Part shown: positions 1 to 18,879 of the stretch, in pieces
Layout of the letters: every line of letters starts with the position of its first letter
Position numbering within the stretch: the stretch's first letter is position 1
Source: Podarcis bocagei
Taxonomy: Eukaryota
Strand: one strand, 5' to 3'
Assembly: GCA_964188305.1 (NCBI GenBank)
Contig: OZ076901.1
DNA: 64,000 nucleotides
Position numbers and translations under genes: made by a program
Notes under the pieces: generated by a model
What the model was told of the DNA's origin: nothing
What the model saw: the letters and a program-made list of their open reading frames with translations, nothing else
Database searches by the model: none

Positions 1-521
1 ATTCCACAGGTTCCTTTCCCATCTGCAAGTGCTCCTACCTACCAACACAGAAGCAGACTACCCTTTGGAAAGCGATACGGGGAAAAAAATCACCATTTTG
101 AACAAAGTTTATGTAGCTATCTCTATATGCCTATACAACATTGCTTCAGAGACTACTTCCACCACGTATAACTTCTTGCATTTGCATATACGTTGCAAGA
201 GAAGACGATATACCACATGAGGCTGCAGGCTGGGATGCTTGGCGATACCAACGGCTGTCCGGCACATCGGGCGGTAAGGAAAACCTCGTTATTTATTGAG
301 AAAGCCCGCGAGACCATTCAAAAGCACGGCCCTTCGCCCGCCCCCCAAGTGGTACAGACCACAACGCAAGGCGGGCCCGGCCCGGCCCGGCACGTGCCTT
401 TTTGGAACACGAGGCACGTTAGTGCCAAGAAGGGGGAGGGGGGTTCCTCCGTGCACGCGCCTCTGGAGAAGAGAACGGCGGCTCCGCGCCGGTCCCGCTC
501 CAACGACCCTCCCAGGCCCAC

Positions 522-742
522 CTTCTTCTTGGCTTTTCCGCCGGACTTGTTGACGGGGTCCTTGTCCTTCTTGGCCGACTTGCCCGCGTCCTTCTTCTTC
601 TTATCGTCCTTTGGCGGCTGCGGGGAGAAAAAGGGAGAGGAAAGCGATGAGGAGAAGGAGAAGGACAACCGCAGCAGGGAGCGAGAGACAGAGAGCGAGT
701 AGCGGCCTAGTCACCCCCGCCCCGCATTTCGGGGCCTACCAT
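522..742 (-). CDS. RPS25: 40S ribosomal protein S25 (eS25), coding exons 1-2; the rest lies left of the window
   Basis: ATG alone at the end of exon 1 (742-740) followed by a GTAGG donor. Exon 2 617-522 (96 nt, CAG acceptor, GTGGG donor) encodes [32 protein letters not shown], the vertebrate RPS25 N-terminus. Confidence 0.97.
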
Positions 743-922
743 GGTGTAGTCGGAGCGGCTACAGTCGCTGCTTCTCCCTCAGCGATTTCCGGCCAGAAAG
801 GAAGGCGCCTGTATGGGCAGGCCGGGAAACCCCGTAGCCGAGGGTCCCTTCCGGGGCGGCACCGGAAGAGATGCTCGGCAGGGAGCTGGGCGGGAGCGGC
901 GTGACGTCAGACGGAAGCCGCG
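743..922. promoter_or_regulatory. RPS25/TRAPPC4 bidirectional CpG-island promoter
   Basis: Only 180 bp between the divergent start codons. CpG-rich, with ETS-type CCGGAAG at 862-868 and a perfect CRE TGACGTCA at 902-909. Confidence 0.85.
795..805 (-). promoter_or_regulatory. RPS25: 5' terminal oligopyrimidine (TOP) tract / likely RPS25 TSS
   Basis: Minus strand reads CCTTCCTTTCT about 55-60 nt upstream of the RPS25 ATG, as expected for a ribosomal-protein mRNA start. Confidence 0.7.
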
Positions 923-3900
923 ATGGCCATCTTCAGCGTGTATGTGGTGAACAAGGCCGGAGGGCTCATCTACCAGCTGGACCACTACGCGCCGAGGGCC
1001 GAGACCGAGAAGACCTTCAGCTTCCCGCTCGAGCTGGTGCTGCGCCCGCACGACGAGCATGTCCTCGTTTCCTTCGGGCAGCGCGACGGCATCCGCGGTG
1101 AGGGGCGGGAAGCAGCCGGCAAAGGAGCGGCCCCGGGAGCTGGGCCCTTTCGACACAGGCGGCGCCCGAGGGGGACGAGCGGAGCCCCCCCCATTTCGTT
1201 AACACGCGCTGTATCCCCCCCCCCAATAAGTATACTTTCCCCACTCTGCCTTCCCCCCACCTATCCGCGAATTTTTTATTTCTCGGTAGTGGCGCCCTCC
1301 CTGTGGAAAGCCCTCCCACCAGATGTCAAAGAGAAAAATAACTACCAAACTTTTAGAAGACATCTGAAGGCAGCCCTGTTTAGGGAAGCTTTGAATGTTT
1401 AATAGGTTATTGTATTTTAGTGTTTGGTTGGAAGCCGCCCAGAGTGGCTGGGGAAACCCAGCCAGATGGGCGGGGTATAAATAAATAATAATTATTAATA
1501 ATAATATTAATATTCTGGTGCCTCCGCTGCCTTTGGACATTGAAGGGGAGACGGAACTCATGACAGCTGCTCCTTGAGCTGAAAAAGCTTTGGTGGCAGC
1601 GCACACCTGAACCTTGTCCACTTTATTAGGCTCCTCTGGCAAAGGGTGGCTCACAAGGGATTAGGGAATTGGGCTTTTTGCAGCATGGAGGGGGAACAAC
1701 TGGGTCCCCTCGACACTCTCCGACCCCCTTACTATTAGGCAGGGTACGGTGACTGCCTCCAGCAGCTGATTTTGATGGTCATTGATTTATTATAAATACA
1801 GTGGTACCTCGGGTTACATGCGCTTCAGGTTACAGACTCCGCTAACCCAGAAATAGTACCTCGGGTTAAGACCTTTGCTTCAGGATGAGAACAGAAATCG
1901 TGCTCCGGCGGTGCGGCAGCAGCAAGAGGCCCCGTTAGCTAAAGTGGTGCTTCAGGTTAAGAACAGTTTCAGGTTAAGAACGGACCTCCAGAACGAATTA
2001 AGTACGTAACCAGAGATACCACTGTACATTTATGCTTCTGAGGGTTTTTAGCCTCATGTGTGACATTTATAGTAAAACGTTTTGACCACCTCCCAAAGGT
2101 TTTATTTATTTGCTTGTTTATTTATTTAGCACACCACCTTAAACCTAAAGATCTCAGGGTGGCTCAGAGATGTTCACTGGCTAAGCTTTGCCTACCTAAG
2201 ATAGGGATCCCAAGCTGAACCTGGTCAGACCTAACATCCACCACCCATCTCAGGTTATGTCACTGGCAAATTCTGCTCCAGGAAATGACACTGTATACTG
2301 GAGCTGCTCTTGCTCCTTTACTCCAGTGTTTCCCAACCTTTTTTGGGCAAAGGCACACTTGTTTGATGAAAAAAATCTCGCGGCACACCACCATTACAGC
2401 CCTGTGACATCAGCGCGCAGCGTCACGCCGGGAGGGACGCACGAAAGTGAAAGTTTTTAATTTTTTCCCCTCCCCCTTGCCGGGGAACCTCCAAGCTTTG
2501 GGGGTGGGGGGGGAGGAGGCAGCAAAGTGAGGGACTGAGGGACCCTAACCCTAACTCTAACCCTCACCGATCACCCGGGAAAGCATGCGAACGAGGAGCC
2601 CCCGTGTCCTGCTCCCGGCAGCGGACGGCACAAAGCGAGGAGGCCTGGACAAGGCAGCACGCTCCCCGCTCTCGCTGCATCGGGGCTTTTCTCCTCCAGG
2701 CCGCTTTCGAAGTCCCCTTCTCCGCTCCCAAGAGCCGGAGCCGCTGCTTCCAGGCCCTGTCCGAGCCCCGACTTGTGGCCTCACTTCGAGGAGTGCCTGT
2801 TGCTGGGGACGGGGCTGCATCCCCCTCAGCCGCCGCCTCGCTTCCTTCCAGGAGACCCGACGGCTCCCCCTCTCCCTCCTGCGCCCGCAGCAGACCGAGA
2901 CCTCCCCGCCCCCGCCCGGCTCGGCCCTACCTGGGCGCCTCCAAGCCCGGCCGGCTCCGCGTCGCGCTCCACGCCGGGCAGCTGCAGCGGGAGCGCGCGG
3001 CGGCCCGGCTGAGCGCGCCCCGGAGCCGCCGCGCCGTCGCTCGCGAGTCCCTCCGAGAGCCCTCGGGACTGACTCCGGAGTCGCGAGGCGGCGCGTCGCC
3101 CAGGGAAGGGGCGGCTTCCCACAAGTCCTCGCGGCACACCAGGCAACATCTCACGGCACACTAGTGTGCCGCGGAACACCGGTTGGGAAACACTGCTTTA
3201 CTCCACTGATTGGCAGAGCTTCCAAGTGTGAGAGAGACAGGGAAGTTACTGATGCAGGAAGGCTTGCCAGTGCCGGGTGAGAGGGGGTATTGAGTGATGA
3301 CTGCCTCTTCCCTTCTTTGCAGTGGGCCATGCTGTGCTTGCCATCAACGGCATTGATGTCAACGGAAGGTACACTGGTGACGGCAGGGATGTGCTGGAGT
3401 TCCTGGGCAACCCATCCAACTACCCAGTGTCAATCCGCTTTGGTCGCCCCCGACTGTCATCCAATGAGAAGCTCATGCTGGCCTCCATGTTCCACTCGTG
3501 AGTCAGGGGTGGATGAGATGTTTGCCAGAACCCAGAAAAGGGATAGGGGTTGACTGGTTTTGATATAGGGAAGGCACTTCATCAATTGGTACAATTTGGG
3601 GCTCTGTTCATGTGCAGGTTGTTTGCAATTGGGTCCCAACTGTCTCCCGAGCAGGGGAGCTCTGGAATCGAGATGCTAGAGACCGATACTTTCAAGCTAC
3701 ACTGTTTTCAGACTCTAACAGGTATTGCTTCTTTTATAATATCTGCATTTCTTGACCTTTAGTTAGTATGGACAGCAGACCCCACTTGAGCAAGTAAAGT
3801 TCTGCAGCGACATTCAGTGAGGATGTTCCTAGAAGTGCTACTCTTTGTGGAGAAGTGGTAAAAGACAAATGTTTAATAACTATTATGTGTACTTCATTAT

Positions 3901-5523
3901 ATAAAAATCACAAGTGGTTTACAAAAAAATAAAATGTTTCTTCCGTTTAATCTAATAATAGTCTCTCCCCAGGGAGTTGTTTATTATTATTATTATTATT
4001 AATCTAGTGTTCTTATAATTTTATTTTGTAATTTTATGTTGTGAACTGCTGTTCATTTTCAAGGTGAAGAGCATTATACAAATGTAATTATTATTAATAA
4101 TAATAAGTAGTAGTAGAAGTAGCTTATAAAAAGCAACAAAAAAACTCCCAATCAGTTAAGCTACCTAAAAATAAAAGTGTGTATCACAAAATAGAATTAA
4201 AATTGTAAGAGTCAGGAGTCCAATGAAGCTTGGGTAAACAGATGTTTTAAGAGGCAGTTAAATATCATTACTGTCTCCATAAATTTCCCAAGGTAAGGCA
4301 TTGCAAAAGGTGGGAGTCATCACTGAGGCCTGTTTCCGCATTACCAAGTGGCAATCCAGTGATGGTGGAACGACTTGCAGGGTGTCCTTGGGAGCTTGCT
4401 AGCTATCCTGGTCCTAAGTTGTGTAGGGCTTTAAAACCAACAATACCTTGGTAGCTAATAGGCAACTTTCTCCTCCTTTGCTGTTCCATCTGCCTGGTTC
4501 CTGGCATTTGATATCTGCCTTTGCCTTGCAGGGCCTTTATTGAGGAAGAATGACAAGGAATGAACCTTTTTGTGCATTTTAAAATCACTCAGGCCAGTTG
4601 TATGTGTTGCTTTGGATGTGGCTTGCTCTAACTCTGTTTTTCATATCCTCAGGGATAAAATTTGTGGTGCTTGCTGATCCACGGCAGTCTGGGATAGATT
4701 CCCTTCTGCGCAAGATTTATGAGATTTATTCAGACTTTGCTCTGAAAAATCCTTTCTACTCCTTGGAGATGCCAATCAGGTAGAGATCAAATGCACATTC
4801 TCACACTAAAACAAACCCTCCCTTACTAAAATTGATTCCCCCCACCATATGTTTAGAAGTCAATCTACATGAGTATTAAGAGAGAAAAACCCTCCTGGCT
4901 CCTGAACCCCTCAGTTTATTCCCTGGGATGCTGGCAAATCCCATGAACAACTGTGGAATGTGATCACAATAGATAGGTAGCGTCACATTAGATAGTGTAT
5001 GAGGCCTAGTAAGTCTGCATGGCTCGTTTCTTACATGCCCTCACACTGAGACATGTTACTGAACACTTCATGCCTGGGGGGCATTTTCCACAGTGCCAGT
5101 GTTGATTCAAGAAGTTAAGCTTATCAAGGAGAGCAAACAGAAGCATCTTCAACAGGACCTGGAAGCCTGTAAGGGCCTTCCAGCTCCCATCATCCATGAC
5201 TACGGGTCATGTTTGCTGGGACTGATGGGAGTAGAGTCTAACAATGTCTAGAAGGTCCCCAAGGTTGATCTTCAGGCTGCATTGACATGGTATTTCATAC
5301 CTTACTAATGCTGAATCACAGTTTCACTCCGTTCAGACATTCATCCCAGACTGAGAATAAAATGGAAAATGGGTAACTTACTATTCTAAACCTGCTCCAG
5401 TGTGGTTATGTTCTAGTTCTCTTGTGTTTGTTTCACCATTTCAGATGTGAGCTCTTTGATCAGAACTTGAAGCTTGCGCTGGAGGTAGCAGAGAAAGCGG
5501 GGCCTTTTGGGCCAGGATTGTAG
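923..5523 (+). CDS. TRAPPC4: Trafficking protein particle complex subunit 4 (synbindin/TRS23), 219 aa, 5 exons
   Basis: join(923-1097,3323-3497,3618-3721,4653-4779,5445-5523) = 660 nt. All introns GT-AG with consistent phase. Protein runs [20 protein letters not shown]...[38 protein letters not shown]. Confidence 0.97.
1280..1512 (+). mobile_element. 5'-truncated L2-clade LINE, 3' end
   Basis: Translates to [13 protein letters not shown]...[10 protein letters not shown], an L2 ORF2 C-terminal pattern. A GC-rich 3' stem and an (AAT)n-like tail follow. Confidence 0.75.
1799..2024. mobile_element. Tc1/mariner-type MITE
   Basis: TA|CAGTGGTACCTC ... GAGATACCACTG|TA: terminal inverted repeats with a TA target-site duplication. 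Confidence 0.85.
2324..3195. mobile_element. Non-autonomous hAT DNA transposon with GC/CpG-rich internal cargo
   Basis: Perfect 15-bp TIR CAGTGTTTCCCAACC and perfect 8-bp TSD CTTTACTC (2316-2323 and 3196-3203). Subterminal GCGGCACAC motifs at both ends. No recognisable transposase. Confidence 0.92.
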
Positions 5524-5825
5524 GGTGGATTTATCCCACTTCAGTCACCCAGTGGACTAAACAACTAAAATATGAGTCAGACAGATGACCAACCATCTGT
5601 TCGTAGCCACCTTGACTGCAATTCCAGAGCACAGAACAGGGAGTATTGCTGTTGAGTGGATGTGGTTGGTGCTGAATCTTGGCTGCTGCTGAAGGAAGCT
5701 GGCTGGCAGCTTGAAAGGAAACATGAGAGCTACACCATTCCTTCAAGAGTGGTGCATGTACATATATGTCTGCTGCAATGTATTCTTTTAATTTATAACT
5801 GAAGCACTGTATGTTTGCAAATGTA

Positions 5826-5831
5826 AATAAA
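5826..5831 (+). terminator. Probable TRAPPC4 polyadenylation signal
   Basis: AATAAA about 300 nt after the TRAPPC4 stop codon. Confidence 0.6.
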
Positions 5832-6008
5832 GCATTCCTTAAAGGAAGAGGAAGGACTTGATTCTTGAGCTGGGAATGAATTATCTGGCGTTCAGCATCC
5901 AGGGAGGGTAAGAGCCTGAACCAAATTGCAAATCTCTATGGGCTTCTGCCTAGTGGAGTAATACTATTTAGGAAGAGGCCTCTGCACAGGAACATAGGTT
6001 AATTCTAC

Positions 6009-6023
6009 TTTATTGTCTTTATT
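6009..6023 (-). terminator. Probable SLC37A4 polyadenylation signals (two tandem AATAAA)
   Basis: TTTATT at 6009-6014 and 6018-6023 on the + strand, about 1.1 kb downstream of the SLC37A4 stop. Confidence 0.55.
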
Positions 6024-7133
6024 GCTGTCACTGTACACTCCATAACAATGAACAAGATCTGGAATCCAGTTTCACATAAAACTGTCCATTTTAAGTCTGC
6101 ATTATCAGCTCCTCATGGCAATTATAGTTAGAGGCCCCTAAAATGTCTGCAGAAGTGTCCAGGGAAGTTCTGATCAGTGCAAACTGCAAAATGCTACATT
6201 CCTCATTATCATGTATCTATTTACATCAGTTTGAGGGCTGCATTCCCTTGCTGGCAACATGCCAGTAGAAGACAGGGTCAGAGGCAAAAGCAGGAGGATA
6301 ACTCATGTAAATTTTACCTTTGTACAGCAGACTAGTTTCTATGCACACACATCCCCTTCTCTCTTCCATCCATGTAAGGAAGAAGCATTATAAGAGTTCA
6401 AGAACACATTCTGGAAAATGAAAACAATGTAGGGATGGTGTCTGGGGAAGAATCCAGAGGACCAGATGAAAGAGTCTTGGGCACATTTGGGCCCAGTTCT
6501 GAGGTTTGCATGTCTATATGCTTAGTAAGGTACACATGCCCGTCCATCCTTGCCTAGCTACAGCCCCAAATACTAAGATTAAGGAATGAAGCCTTCCCTC
6601 TTGTGAATGTCTCCAATTCAATTACACCCCTATGTACCACAGACTGTTTGAGGAGAGAGTTCTCCGAATTAACTGAATGTTGGAAGGTGAAGAAATCAAG
6701 GGAATAATTAAGCACAAATACACAAGAGAAGTGTTCTGTAGGTGGTGGAGGTAGAAAAGTGACACCTCCCTCTCCAGGCAGTAAAAATGAGTCCTTACGC
6801 TGCTTGCTTACAAAACATTTGGAAGAAGTGCAGGCTGCCAGTGAGATCATCAGGAGGCTAATACAGGTGAAGCTGCCAAATCTTGCCTTTGCCAGGGAGA
6901 AGCAGAATAGGGTTTGGTCCATTAGGTCCAAACCATTCTGGCCGTTCCCATTTTAAGGAACAAAAATAGGTGGCAGCAAAGTGATTTTTTTTTTTTAAAC
7001 AGAAAACTTTACCCTGGTCCAGGATACACTGTCAAAGCTTAGTTCTGCCTTGATCTAATAGTTGTTGCAGTACTTTTTTAAAACCCATGGTTGCAGTGGG
7101 AGGCTCCTCCAACAGCCAAGCTACTGCTCTGCT

Positions 7134-14202
<7,069 letters not shown>

Positions 14203-14451
14203 TGCGATTTCAGAGCTGTGCCTCTAAGGACGGAGAGAAGGTGCCTGTAGCAGTTCTGACTTTAGATCCCAGTTTACAGTAAATGTGAGAAGAGGGGTGG
14301 CGGCACCAATGTGCTAGAAAGAAGGGAGAGAGGCAGGGAAGCAGCAGCTGTCAGAGCACTTGAGCGGCAGGCGCTTGCCAGGGTTTCTGCTGAGCCCGGA
14401 GGTTTGCTGGAGTTCGCTGTTGCTCTCTTTTCTGCTCACGGCCACCTTCTG

Positions 14452-14493
14452 GAGAATAATTAACTCCGGGAACATGGCTGGACACACTGTTCA
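14452..14493 (-). promoter_or_regulatory. HNF1 site plus GRE-like element, candidate proximal (hepatic) SLC37A4 promoter
   Basis: Minus-strand GTTAATTATTCTC (14464-14452) matches GTTAATNATTAAC at 11/13. TGGACAcacTGTTCA (14479-14493) resembles a glucocorticoid response element. About 250 nt upstream of the ATG. Confidence 0.6.
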
Positions 14494-14886
14494 GTATAAA
14501 TCCATCCACCTACAGTGAAACAAACAAGAGACACTAGCCTGGGATAAACAGAGCTGTCTTCCGAGTAGAAAGATTAACAAGGGTTTCCTCACTCCCACTA
14601 CACTCTGACCCCTGAACTCAAATAGCACGATGGAGTAAAGGGGGGGGGGGGAATCAATGCCTTCCTCAATCAGGTCTACAACATAATCTTTGATAGGAAC
14701 TAAGTCCTGCTGCAGAAGCAAGCTGCCTATGGGCTGGGCAGTCTACCTAGCACCACCCTTCCCAGGAAAAGAGTCTTGCTCCTGAAAGAAGGTGCAAAGC
14801 TGTAAAGACATTATCCTGCAGTCGCAGACACTGATGGATTGCTTTGTCAAAATCAGTAAGGCAAGAAGGCTGTCTCTTGTATCGGC

Positions 14887-15079
14887 AGGAACATAGGCAG
14901 CTGCCTTACAGAGTTAGATCATGGGTCCATCTAGCTCAGTATTGTCAACATGGACAGGCAGCAAGAATCTCTCCAGGTTTTGGCATGGGGGTATCTCCCA
15001 GCCCTACCTCAGGCTGCTGTGGGTTGAAGCTGGGACTTTTTGAATGCAAGGCAGAGGCTCTACCACTGAGTGATGGCCC
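14887..15079 (-). mobile_element. tRNA-derived SINE (Squam3-like)
   Basis: Reverse complement starts GGGCCATCACTCAGTGGTAGAGC (A box) and ends ...CTGAGCTAGATGGACC...AAGGCAGCTGCCTATGTTCCT. Related copies at ~34476-34684 and ~56592-56763. Confidence 0.75.
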
Positions 15080-16129
15080 TGATACTGCAAGTGAATTAAA
15101 AACCAAACACTTCCCTCTACTGTATTTCAGAGTGGAGCACCAAGCTTATTAATTTGGAAGACTTTTATTCTGCCTTTCAATTTATCAAAAATCCTAAGGA
15201 AGCTTCTAAATGTAGAGCTAAAATACAAACATAAAGGTGTATAAATGTAAAAGCACAAAAATGAAAGCATAAAATACAGAAAGGCAGCATAAAATTAAAA
15301 TCCAAATCAATTTAAAGCACTAGATGAACTGCTTTTGCCCACACTGTTTGAAATCAAACCATGCAGGCAAAGGCACATCCAGAAAAGTACCGGTACTAAC
15401 ACAGTCCCATAAACAGTGCTTCGTAAGACCAGACAATCAGCTTACTCTTGGGATTTGAAAGCCCATATGCACAGGACTGACCAGCTGTGCTTGCAAACCC
15501 GCTTTCGACTCAGCCCTGTTTTACCTGCCCCATATAGCTTGGCAGAAACACTGGAACATCTTTTTCTGTCTGTTTGCCCTCCATCTCCCTTTAAGCTTTC
15601 TCCCCGTTTTTAATTACTTATAAAGCACTCACATTATAAAATATCAGGGTGGTGTACAAAAAACAAGGATAAGTATAAAATGTATACCAAGAATAATAAA
15701 GTTGATATGGATGACAACAGAAAAGTTCAGTCAGAAAAGGCTTGGGCAAATAGAAAGATTTTAAGCACACATCTGAAAGATTAGATTGTTGGGGTATACC
15801 ATATCTTAACATATCCCACGTTAAAGGGACTGCCCATAAGAGGAAAATCTTCCATAATTTTGCTTGCCATTTGCCTTTTATCATAATTTAGGCTTTGTCT
15901 CTATTATTTCTGCTCAGGTACCTTAGGGCACTCTGCTCACCAGACTAAGGTTCCTAATGTTATGCATGCTGTGCTTCTGTGGATTTGATAAACATGCTAG
16001 TTTCTTGGCCAGCTCTACTTGCTCAACAGCCTGTCCTCTGCCACAACAGAACCAGGGCTGCAAAAAACAGGTACCCCAAGCACTAGAGCAATTCCACCCA
16101 TCATTAATATTCCAAAACAGCTTATTCCA

Positions 16130-16560
16130 TGAAAACCGAAAAGTACGGTAAGTTTTAGACAGACATGCAGACACAATTCCATGCAGTGTGTTCCAGTCAA
16201 TAAATTTAGTTGTCATATTTTGCATCAGTTTATGTTTATGTGTAGTCTTCAAAGGCAGCTCCTAGAAGTGTTGCAGTAATCCAAGTTATATGTTACCAGG
16301 TCACAGACAATGGTTACCAGGTACAGTAGGTGGATCAGCCCAAGTTGCTGAAAGGCTTGTGCTAGATGCCATCTGGGCTTCCAGCATAAGGCTGCATCTA
16401 ACCAAGACATCCCCAAGATGCAAACTTTTACAGGAGGAATGGATGAGAAAAGGGAACACACACCATGTGGTTGATTAGATGAACTGGCCCTCTTCTTATT
16501 ACCGTTAAGTTTATTAGCATCTGTCTGGTCCATGGCAGACCGCAATTCCCCTGCTCATAA
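16130..16560 (-). mobile_element. Degraded L2 LINE fragment
   Basis: Minus-strand translation LVTIVCDLVTYNLDYCN resembles the L2 ORF2 motif (V..LVTSRLDYCN). Frameshifted, boundaries approximate. Confidence 0.5.
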
Positions 16561-17989
16561 CATCCTGTCTCACATGAATCCTATATGAAAAGGATAGAAC
16601 TGAGTGTAAACAGCATATTAGCAACTGCTCTTCTTCTTAAACAACAGAAAGAATGAAACACTCTTGTGGCACTCCATAGCATATATGCCATGGGGCAAAG
16701 TAAAAGTCCCCCAAGACAGCATGGGGAATCTGAGCTGAGGCCAAATGCAACCCTCCAAGCCTTTCTACCCAGCCCTCATGCCACTCTCCTAACTGGTTCA
16801 GCTCTGTACCCTTCTTAATTGCTTTTGTGTGGCTGGAATGTGTCCCTGAACTGTGATAATGGCTTTTGCTAGCATGGATGGAAGGATGGGTAATTTGTGG
16901 CTGACTGCTGGAATATAGCCTCTTGTAAAGATGTAAGAGTTACAGCTGTTCTACGCACTTTTTGCTTCCTGCTCTGGGCACCACTGATATGTCATCTCTG
17001 CAAAACAATTGTCCATGAGCTGAAAAATGTCTCCCCCCACTTTTAAAAAAGTTTCCTTGCTTCTTTTAAGGAGTTCCAAGAATAAATCTCATTCAGAGAT
17101 TAAAAATCTGCTTTGACATGTGATAATTTCACTGCAGTGTTGCTAGACAGCACTACTGTAGTTTGCTGCCATTTTTGTGTCCTCTCACAGGGACTTTGTA
17201 ACAAAAGGATAAATTGTCTGGAAAAGTGAGCTAGTAAAGAGCAAAGTAGAATGAAGTTGAAATGGACAAGGCAGTACTCAGACTCCCCGCACAGATGTGG
17301 GACCACCTAAAATTATAAACGGGTTACAGAGTCCTGCAATTTCAAGGGTCCTTAACAAGAAGTCCTTTAAATGTCACCTCTTTTTAGCTAGGATCACCCC
17401 ACTCTTTTTAGATTATAAATGATCTTAGATCCAAGATTCAGCTGAAAGTCCTAGGAGGTCCCCCAACTACTTGCTTTTTAGAAGGGTTTATTCCTGGGAC
17501 ACAGTGAAGCAGCTTGCAGACATTTGTCCTGAGCAAGTGTGATAAGAGCATGGTCACATTTATCCCAGTTTTTCACAGCCCTCTGAAGGAGATCCCATAT
17601 CTTACTTAAACAGTATGACTTTCTAGAGCCTAAAAGGGCTTAGAAACCAGCAAGCAAAATCAATAAAGGAAAGTCCATCAAAATGGTTCTGATACAAGTC
17701 TGATGAAGTCAGTGGAGCTTTCCCTCTACTGAATTTAGGCCAAAGAATAATTAACAGAGATAACTTTACAATTGGGTAACTGCCGGCAATGGGCAGTCAG
17801 CCAAGCTGGAGGACTGGGCCAAGGACATTACATGGTTGCAAATGCTATTACGTACACTTTTTCAGAGTAAAATTTTTATCTAGTTACTTGTTACACCACT
17901 ATCTAAGACTGTGTTACAGGATACTTTACATTACATTTTATAATGAAGACAACTCTGTGTGAACAGCTGCCTATTAGTGTCTCTTCCTA

Positions 17990-18357
17990 AGTAGAACAGG
18001 ATCCCCAAGGATGTGCTTTAGGAGGAGCTTGCTTTCAGGCACTGGGTTGGCACTGGCAGACCAATTCTGCATTACAAAGATGTCTGCAAATGTGACATGA
18101 AGGCTGACAACATTAACCTCGCCATATGGAAACCCTTGCAGACAACTGCAGTGCCTGGAGAGTGTCAGGTCATGAAACGCTGTGATGCATCTGCAGCAGC
18201 AAAACCAGATGCCTTCATTTACCCCACCTGCAATAAAACATGTCTCTCTCGTATTGGTTTCCACAGCCACAACAGGTGCTGTAACTCTCCAACTGTTTGA
18301 CTTTACCTCTGATGGTGAACTCTTTCATTGTCTCTTGAGACAGACGGATGCCAACAA
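17990..18357 (+). mobile_element. RTE-clade LINE 3' fragment
   Basis: Remnant translation RIPKDVL*EELA...GRPILHYKDVCKCDMKA plus C-terminal TCNKTCLSRIGFHSHNRCC, typical of the RTE ORF end. Confidence 0.75.
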
Positions 18358-18879
18358 ATGGGGGGTTGTGTGTTTTCCTAATACGCTGTGCTGTATGTAA
18401 TATTAATGTAGTATACGATGTAATGTATTTATGTATTTCTGTGTGCCATTGTCATACACACACATATATATTCCAACCTACATTCCTCAGAGACCCTTTG
18501 GGTTACAAGTGACTAGTAAAGTTTAATTTAATAATTAATAAGGGGAGCGAGGCAATAGTTATGGTGGAGTTAACAGTTAGCCTGAGATAATTCTGTATAC
18601 TTTAAGCGAATGTCTGAATTTAAAAAAGTTTGGGATTGGAGCATGGCGCTATATATTAGGAGCTGCACTCCCTTTATTCTTCATTTCCATAATTAGTTTG
18701 TATTTATGAAAACAAACAATCCAAATATTATCCAATTTCTTACCCCCTTTTCATCATGTGAACGCAGGAAGTATGACAACAATTTTAAAAAGTACAATGC
18801 TGTATTAAAAGAAATACAAACATATATATTGAGGTGCCAAAGGCTATTTGGCTAAAACAATAACGAATTTTAATGCCGC

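Noticed and set aside
150-220. Hairpin in RPS25 intron 2 as a possible snoRNA or miRNA
   Set aside because: Short imperfect stem with no convincing C/D or H/ACA boxes.
2557-3280. Long overlapping ORFs (up to 231 aa) as a novel gene or transposase
   Set aside because: Pro/Arg/Ala-rich products of stop-poor GC-rich DNA, with no hAT transposase motifs.
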